Assembly: GCA_951406725.2 (NCBI GenBank)
Contig: OX597828.1
Location: forward strand, 75,888,001-75,952,000
Direction of reading: 5' to 3'
DNA length: 64,000 bases
Origin: Octopus vulgaris
Taxonomy: Eukaryota
Below, one piece after another: positions 57,805 through 64,000 of this stretch (position 1 is its first letter; each line of letters opens with the position of its first letter). A program made the translations under genes and the position numbers. The notes beneath the pieces were generated by a model. It ran no database searches and was not told the DNA's origin. It was given only the letters and a program-made list of their open reading frames with translations.

Positions 57805-58209
57805 AAGTGACATTTGTTACCATCTCAACGAGTTTGTTCCATTCGGAACACTGTTATTACTTTGATTAACCCCAGGAAGACATATCATCCGGATGGTTAA
57901 CGACACACTTTCTATGTCCGTTGTATTGCAAACAAGGGAGCGAACAACTCCCGTCTATTGCGGTGACAGAAAGCAATAGACTAACAACTAGCTCCTGAGT
58001 ATAACCCTTGTTCGTTAATAGCCGGTCTATTGTTTTCTGTCAGCGCCAGAAAGGAGTTGCTCGGTGCCTTGTTTGCAATATAACGGACACAGATAGTGTG
58101 TCGTTAACCAGCGGCAGGAGGAGATGGCCTCCTGGGCTTAAGATGAGTAATAACAGTAAAGAGTTTTCTGCATGGAACAACCTCATTGAGGTGGCATCAA
58201 CCGTTACTT

Positions 58210-58210
<1 letters not shown>
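57805..58210. mobile_element. Long-arm foldback MITE (arms of about 180 bp, spacer of about 40 bp)
   Basis: For example, tggttaacgacacactttctatgtccgttgtattgcaaacaagg pairs with ccttgtttgcaatataacggacacagatagtgtgtcgttaacca; right end ...GTTACT|TTAA. Confidence 0.85.
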
Positions 58211-58249
<39 letters not shown>

Positions 58250-58255
58250 TACATA

Positions 58256-58318
58256 AATAGCCTCGGGTCGACCAAAGCCTTGTGAGTGGATTTGGTAGGC
58301 GGAAACTTGAAGCTCGTC

Positions 58319-58375
<57 letters not shown>

Positions 58376-58612
58376 TGAGTGTGAGTGAGTGAGTGTGTGT
58401 GTGCGTGTGTGTGTTTGTGTGACTGTGTTTGTTCCCCCCAACATCGCTTGAGAACCGTTGCTGGTATGACCGTAACTTAGCGGTTCGGCACAAGGGACCA
58501 ATAGAATAAGTACTAGGCTTACACAGAATAAAGCCTGGAGTCGGTTTGCTCGACTATTGGCGGTGCTCCAGCATAGCCACAGTTAAATAACTGAAACAAG
58601 TAAAAGAATAAA
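58256..58612 (+). mobile_element. SINE family A, 5'-truncated
   Basis: atagcctcgggtcgaccaaagccttgtgagtggatttggtagg...actgaaacaagtaaaagaataaa. Confidence 0.9.
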
Positions 58613-58791
58613 ATAATATATATAATAACAATGGCAATAAAAGTAACCTCATAAAATGAGACCCGACATTTGAGAAATGGAGGATTATTTTTGTAAGTTT
58701 ATAAATCAGAATAAACAGTAAAAAATTGTCATTACAGGACTCGTAGTTTCGAATGTTTGAGTGAAGAGCTACGATACATCCCCGTCGGCTA

Positions 58792-59027
58792 TTAATGGCA
58801 ACAGACGCTGTTATTCATGAAAGGAGGAGCGATGTCCATGATGTTTTCCATCTCATGAATGTCTACTTTTGAATGAATGGCCGATACCATAAGAAGTGGA
58901 GGAAACTGAGACGGATGGGAGTGATGTTGGTGGTGGTAGTGATTATGATTTTGGTGTAACGTTGGTAGAGTTGGAGTCGTTTGTCCTGCTGGAGGTGAAG
59001 GTGCTGTTTGCGACATGGACTCGTCTC
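58792..59027 (-). CDS. Candidate terminal coding exon of an unidentified host gene
   Basis: acacag| acceptor, open frame DESMSQTAPSPPAGQ...HNHYHHQHHSH...NNSVCCH*; phase 1 fits the exon at 59631-59725. No recognised homolog. Confidence 0.35.
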
Positions 59028-59630
59028 CTGTGTTAAATGTATACTTAAGTGAAACCACCTTGTTGTCATTTTAACATGTTTCGCATCTAAACTGAAAAGC
59101 CAGTCAAATGCAAACCAATATGTGGCCCTCAGAACTGTTAGAAATAGAACTCATTGCTACCAAAAACCAGCTAATTTTAGGATACAACGGCTACGTTGCA
59201 TTTCTAATTAATGCTTGAGAACTGACAGCACAGCTTTTGCCTGGGATTAATTTTCTCATGGATCCTTGATATATTACTCATTTGATGACAAACAATATCA
59301 GGCAACAAATATTGATAACTAATCAATATTTCTTATAAGGAAAGGTAATATTGTTGATGATTCATATTTATCAATTATTATTGATCTGACATATAATCGA
59401 GCATTTATTTACTATTACACTTCAGTCATTGGTCCCTAAAAACTCGCCCGCTCTACAACCCTACAGTGGTTTTTTCATACAAAGCGAGCGAGGTGTACCA
59501 CATCTCCACTCAAACACATCTAACACTTTCGTGTTCCCCGCACTAGGCATTCAAACTCTGGACTTTCCATATCCTGGACGAACCTCATTACCCTTTCCTT
59601 CTAAAAGTCAACCACTTGTAACACCGTTAC

Positions 59631-59725
59631 CCTGTTGATTGATGTTTATACTGACCGTTAACCGCATCAATTCAACATTCCTAAGAGACCATTCGGAGGT
59701 CATGGTCACCACACTTTCTTCTTGA
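59631..59725 (-). CDS. Candidate internal exon (95 nt)
   Basis: Acceptor ttctttctctgtgtctttttgtgtgtttag|, donor CAGG|gtaacg; only one frame open (QEESVVTMTSEWSLRNVELMRLTVSININQQ). Confidence 0.4.
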
Positions 59726-59824
59726 CTAAACACACAAAAAGACACAGAGAAAGAAGTGCATATATAAACATTGTTTAAATCAAACAACAAAGGAAGAAGA
59801 AAACACAACCCTCAACTGGAGGAA

Positions 59825-59876
59825 ACGAAGTTTCTTCCTCATCGTACGAAATTTCTTCCTCATCGTACGAGATTTC
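59825..59876. repeat. 21-bp tandem repeat, 2.5 copies
   Basis: acgaagtttcttcctcatcgt / acgaaatttcttcctcatcgt / acgagatttc. Confidence 0.85.
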
Positions 59877-62229
59877 TGCTTCTGTCTTTGAAAATAAAAT
59901 ATCCCTAAAGAAAGGCGTCACAAGATGGTATCCGAACCTGCTAGGATTAGCCATGAAATCTTCCCGTAATTCACAGTTTGCTGTCTTTGAACACAGATAG
60001 TGACACGCTCACGTTCCTTGCACATAAGAAAAGACTCCATCATTAATTCTGGATCGTGTCCGGTCAAACCTATGTTCCTTGTGAGTTCACCCTAGATTAA
60101 ACAATATAAACAGAGCAACAACAACGACAAATTGTTCCCTAAAGTCAGTTTAATATAGTAAAGTTTTTTAAACTATATAAATCTAATAAAATACATGATT
60201 ACAAGAAGCCCCATGTAACTAAGACTCTGATGAACAGGAAAACATGAATCTTATTGAAATGTTGATAACAATCTTTCTAGATTGTTCACTGAGAAAAGAT
60301 TGTCCAAGTGATATCGTTCTACTGAACCTCCAAGACATATAGGAAAGAATGGCGAGATCATGATATACAGACAGGACACATCCGAATGTTTGAACCAGAA
60401 TCGACTATATACTGTAAATAGCAAAGATCGGGTGAGGTGTAAAATCAGACAACGAATAAAGTCAACCACCCGAATGTAGATAAACGCTATTAAACGTCTT
60501 ATCGCAAGTTTAATCTACTCGGTTCACGGACAATATTTTGGATCGACTCGGTAGAGGAAAAGTTGAGGAACTTATCTAAGGTGCCGTGCATTAATAACCA
60601 ATATATAAGAAAAAATATAACAATCTGATTACACCAGAAATGAAGGAAGCGGTGTCCGTTTCTGATAAATATCTCTTAATTTATGTATGACGTCATAGAT
60701 TAATAAGTTGCCAATATCGTTAGATGAAATGTTGAGTGAGGCTGGTTTTATTGGATCCCATTGTGAAAGTGGTTATAATAGAACATATTAAAACATTGAT
60801 CGATGTATGTACGTTTCACAAAGCCCACCTTTCCGCTAGAATATAGGATGTTTGAGGGAAGAATTGCAATATGGTTTATTAAAAGATACGTAATTAATAT
60901 CAGAAATGCTAGATTCTACAATAACCGATGTATGAGTTGGATAATTCATGGGTGCATAGGTTAAGAAGTTCACATCACAACTACGAATCTTAGGTTCAAC
61001 TTTATTGACCACCACGTTAGACTAGAATTTTCTCACTATATAATCGATTCGAAAAAGGACGATGTTTATGAGGAAGTAATGGGAAATTTACAGCTTTTAC
61101 ACCGAAGACTGTAGACTTGGATTGTTTTCCTAATATCAGGGGTGGTAAGGATTATCTAACAAACCAGTTGCATGAAAGCTTAGAAGTGCTAGACTTCTAT
61201 CAGAAAATAAACCCAAAGGAAAATTATTCGGATTTTCAAATACAATAAATTAAGGGGTATAGTGAATAATCGTAAAATATTCCAGGGATCCTGCATTTCA
61301 GGTTCCTACATTGAATATAATGCACCCAATGCCATGGGCATGCGGAATAAAAACAAGCAGAGAAACACAGACTCAGAAAAACTGTAACGAAGCACCATCG
61401 AACTAGTGTACTAAAGTGACATGAACTCTTTCTAGGCGAGTGCAAATTTATGTATATATTCATCTACATATATAAACACGATAACTAATTTAAAAACTTA
61501 AAATGCTGCCTTGATTTCAGCAAGAGAACCTTGTCGTTTTCATTGTGTCTGGTTTGAATCCGGCAAACGACTACAATATTCCCCCTCCGTCACCCCACCA
61601 AACATTCAGGCATACATTCACACTTACAAGAAATGATTAACAATGGCTAGAATATTATCGAGAGAAACCTAATCACCAGTTGATCTAGCAAGCAGAGCTT
61701 ATTCTCAGTGAGGGAGGACCGGTGCACAATAATGTTGTCGAGATGAAGGCCCCGAAACTGCGCGCAATTTTTATCGATGTTCCAATCAGCTTGCTAGCAT
61801 AGAATTTGCGGAGCTTTCAACTGGTAGCACTTTCGTCTGCAGGATGTTTACAAAATATTATATATACACACGTCGACACAGAGACAAATACACACACGTA
61901 CATACATGCTTACTGTCATGCACGCATGCATACATCTAGAATACAACTTAAGATTTCTACCAACAGTTACTGCATAACGTATTAACATCATGACTAACTA
62001 CTTCTGTACCAATCTTGAAAAGCTTGGGTTCACCCAACATGAAGTATATCTCTTATAGAAGATTACTCCTTCAAGATGTCCAAAGTAGGAAAAAAATTAT
62101 AAAACATTTGTGTAGTTCAGCATGTTATAAGAGATCACGTGCAAAACTACTCATGATTGTGCCCATGTATACATGCGCATGTAGATGTGTTGATGCATGC
62201 GTACATGTATATAGATTCGCATATATGTT

Positions 62230-62490
62230 GAGGCGCGTGGCCTAGTGGCTAAGTTGTTGGACTCATGATCGTAAAGTGGTGGTTTCGATTGCTGAATCGG
62301 GCGACGCGTTGTGTTCTTGCACAAACACTTCATTTCACGTTGCTCCGGCCGTCTCAGCAGGCAAGAATGAGTAACCCTACGATGAACCAGTGTCCCGTCC
62401 AGGTGGGGATGTATATACACCATATAGTCCGGAGTACCAGCCCTTATGAGTCGGTATGATTCGAAAAGGTAACCTTTACCTTTACTTTTA
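62230..62490 (+). mobile_element. SINE group B, head 2 + tail 3
   Basis: gaggcgcgtggcctagtgg...cacttcatttcacgttgctcc...gagtaaccctacgatgaaccagtgtcccgtccaggtgggg...(ccttta)n. Confidence 0.85.
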
Positions 62491-62505
62491 TATATGTATG
62501 GTGGA

Positions 62506-62840
62506 GGCGCAATGGCCCAGTGGTTAGGGCAGCTGACTCGCGGTCGTAGGATCGCGGTTTCGATTCACAGACTGGGCGTTCTGAGTGTTTATTGAGCGAA
62601 AACACCTAAGAGCTCCACAAGGCTCCGGCGGGGGTTGGTGGCGAACCCTGCTGCACTCTTTTACCACAACTTCTCTCACTATTTCTTCCAGTTTCTGTTG
62701 TACCTCTATTTCAAAAGGGTCAGCCTTATCACACCCTGTGTCACGCTGAATCTCCCCACTTGCACGATAATTTCACGAGCAGGCTGTTCCGTTGATCGGA
62801 TCCAACTGGAACCCTCGTCGTCGTAACCGACGGAGTGCCA
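62506..62840 (+). mobile_element. SINE group B, head 1 + tail 2 with an internal deletion
   Basis: Colinear with 13348-13724 but lacks the ctacgttaagggtacacgtgtc segment. Confidence 0.9.
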
Positions 62841-63094
62841 CGGCATATGTATGCATAATTGGACGACGCTTAGTTCTCAGTTAGAAATTGGTTCATTCTC
62901 CATTTGTAAGGAATTCGAAAAAGCCAAGACGCACATACATACTTACACACACATGGATACGTACATACATAACTACATACACGTAGACGTACGTATTCAA
63001 GTATATGTTTGTGTGAGTGGGTTTCTGTGTTTGTAGATGGGCATACATTCAGACAAACACACATACACACACATACATAAATGCATGAAAGATT

Positions 63095-63398
63095 AAGCTT
63101 ACATAGATACAAAGGTATGCGTTTGTGTTTCGCACACACGTACACTTACACAAGCACGCACACAAACACACAAATACTCACAAACACACACATATACATA
63201 CATGAAATCTTACGTAAATTCAAAGGATACTTGTTTGTTTCGCACACACGTACAAACATACGGAAACACACACACACTCACAGACCACATACATACATAC
63301 ATACATACATACATACATACAAGAAATCTTACGTAGATTCAAAGGGTACTTGTGTGTTTCGCGCACACATACACACACACAAACACACACACGCACAG
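63095..63398. repeat. Three diverged units of about 110-120 bp with microsatellite spacers
   Basis: Recurring core cttac.ta.at.caaagg.ta..tgt.tgtttcgc.cacac near 63098, 63209 and 63328. Confidence 0.7.
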
Positions 63399-63417
63399 TA
63401 AATACACATAGACATAC

Positions 63418-63594
63418 ACCCTATACTGTTGGTTGGGGAGATTGCCGCGGAAAAACAATGGCTTCAATGACAACCTGTCTTCCTGGTTTCCACTGACAAG
63501 TGTGAAAGAAGCCCGAAGCAATGCAATGATTCTCAGACAATAATTCATTGAGACAGTCGCAGGTGATTTACATCTGATGCAGCAACAGAAGAAC
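63418..63594 (-). CDS. Weak candidate upstream exon (177 nt)
   Basis: ttgttgtag| acceptor, GT|gtatgt donor, single open frame FFCCCIRCKSPATVSMNY...NQQYR; phase 2 fits the exon starting at 59725. Confidence 0.25.
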
Positions 63595-63714
63595 CTACAA
63601 CAACAACGCTTCATCCATTAAACAAATTTGATTCAATATTTTATGGGTTCAAATCCCGTGATATGCAATAACCCATTTAGTCTTCGAAAAGGCCGATGGA
63701 ATAAATATCAGAAG

Positions 63715-64000
<286 letters not shown>

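Overview
Eukaryotic, AT-rich, very repeat-dense intergenic/intronic DNA. The SINE families and the density of (TA)n/(CA)n/(TATC)n microsatellites match what I recall of Octopus (coleoid cephalopod) genomes; I infer this from memory and did not search it. There is no intact host gene, rRNA, bona fide tRNA or CRISPR array, and almost all listed ORFs are translated microsatellites. The window holds more than 30 tRNA-derived SINE copies in at least three groups (labelled A, B and C here). It also holds LINE fragments: RTE, two CR1-like, and a young Tx1/L1-type element present twice inside one (TATC)n array. DNA-element remnants are Tc1, mariner and maT pieces, several foldback MITEs and a non-autonomous Helitron. 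Three frame-compatible minus-strand exon candidates lie near the right end. The most interesting patterns are (i) an apparently (TATC)n-targeted Tx1 retrotransposon, (ii) SINEs built combinatorially from 2 heads and 4 tails, (iii) small (TA)n-embedded elements with hammerhead-ribozyme cores and inverted repeats, and (iv) an (AAT)n-associated SINE stacked in a head-to-tail array. Boundaries of old repeats are approximate (about 10-20 bp) and all alignments were done by eye.
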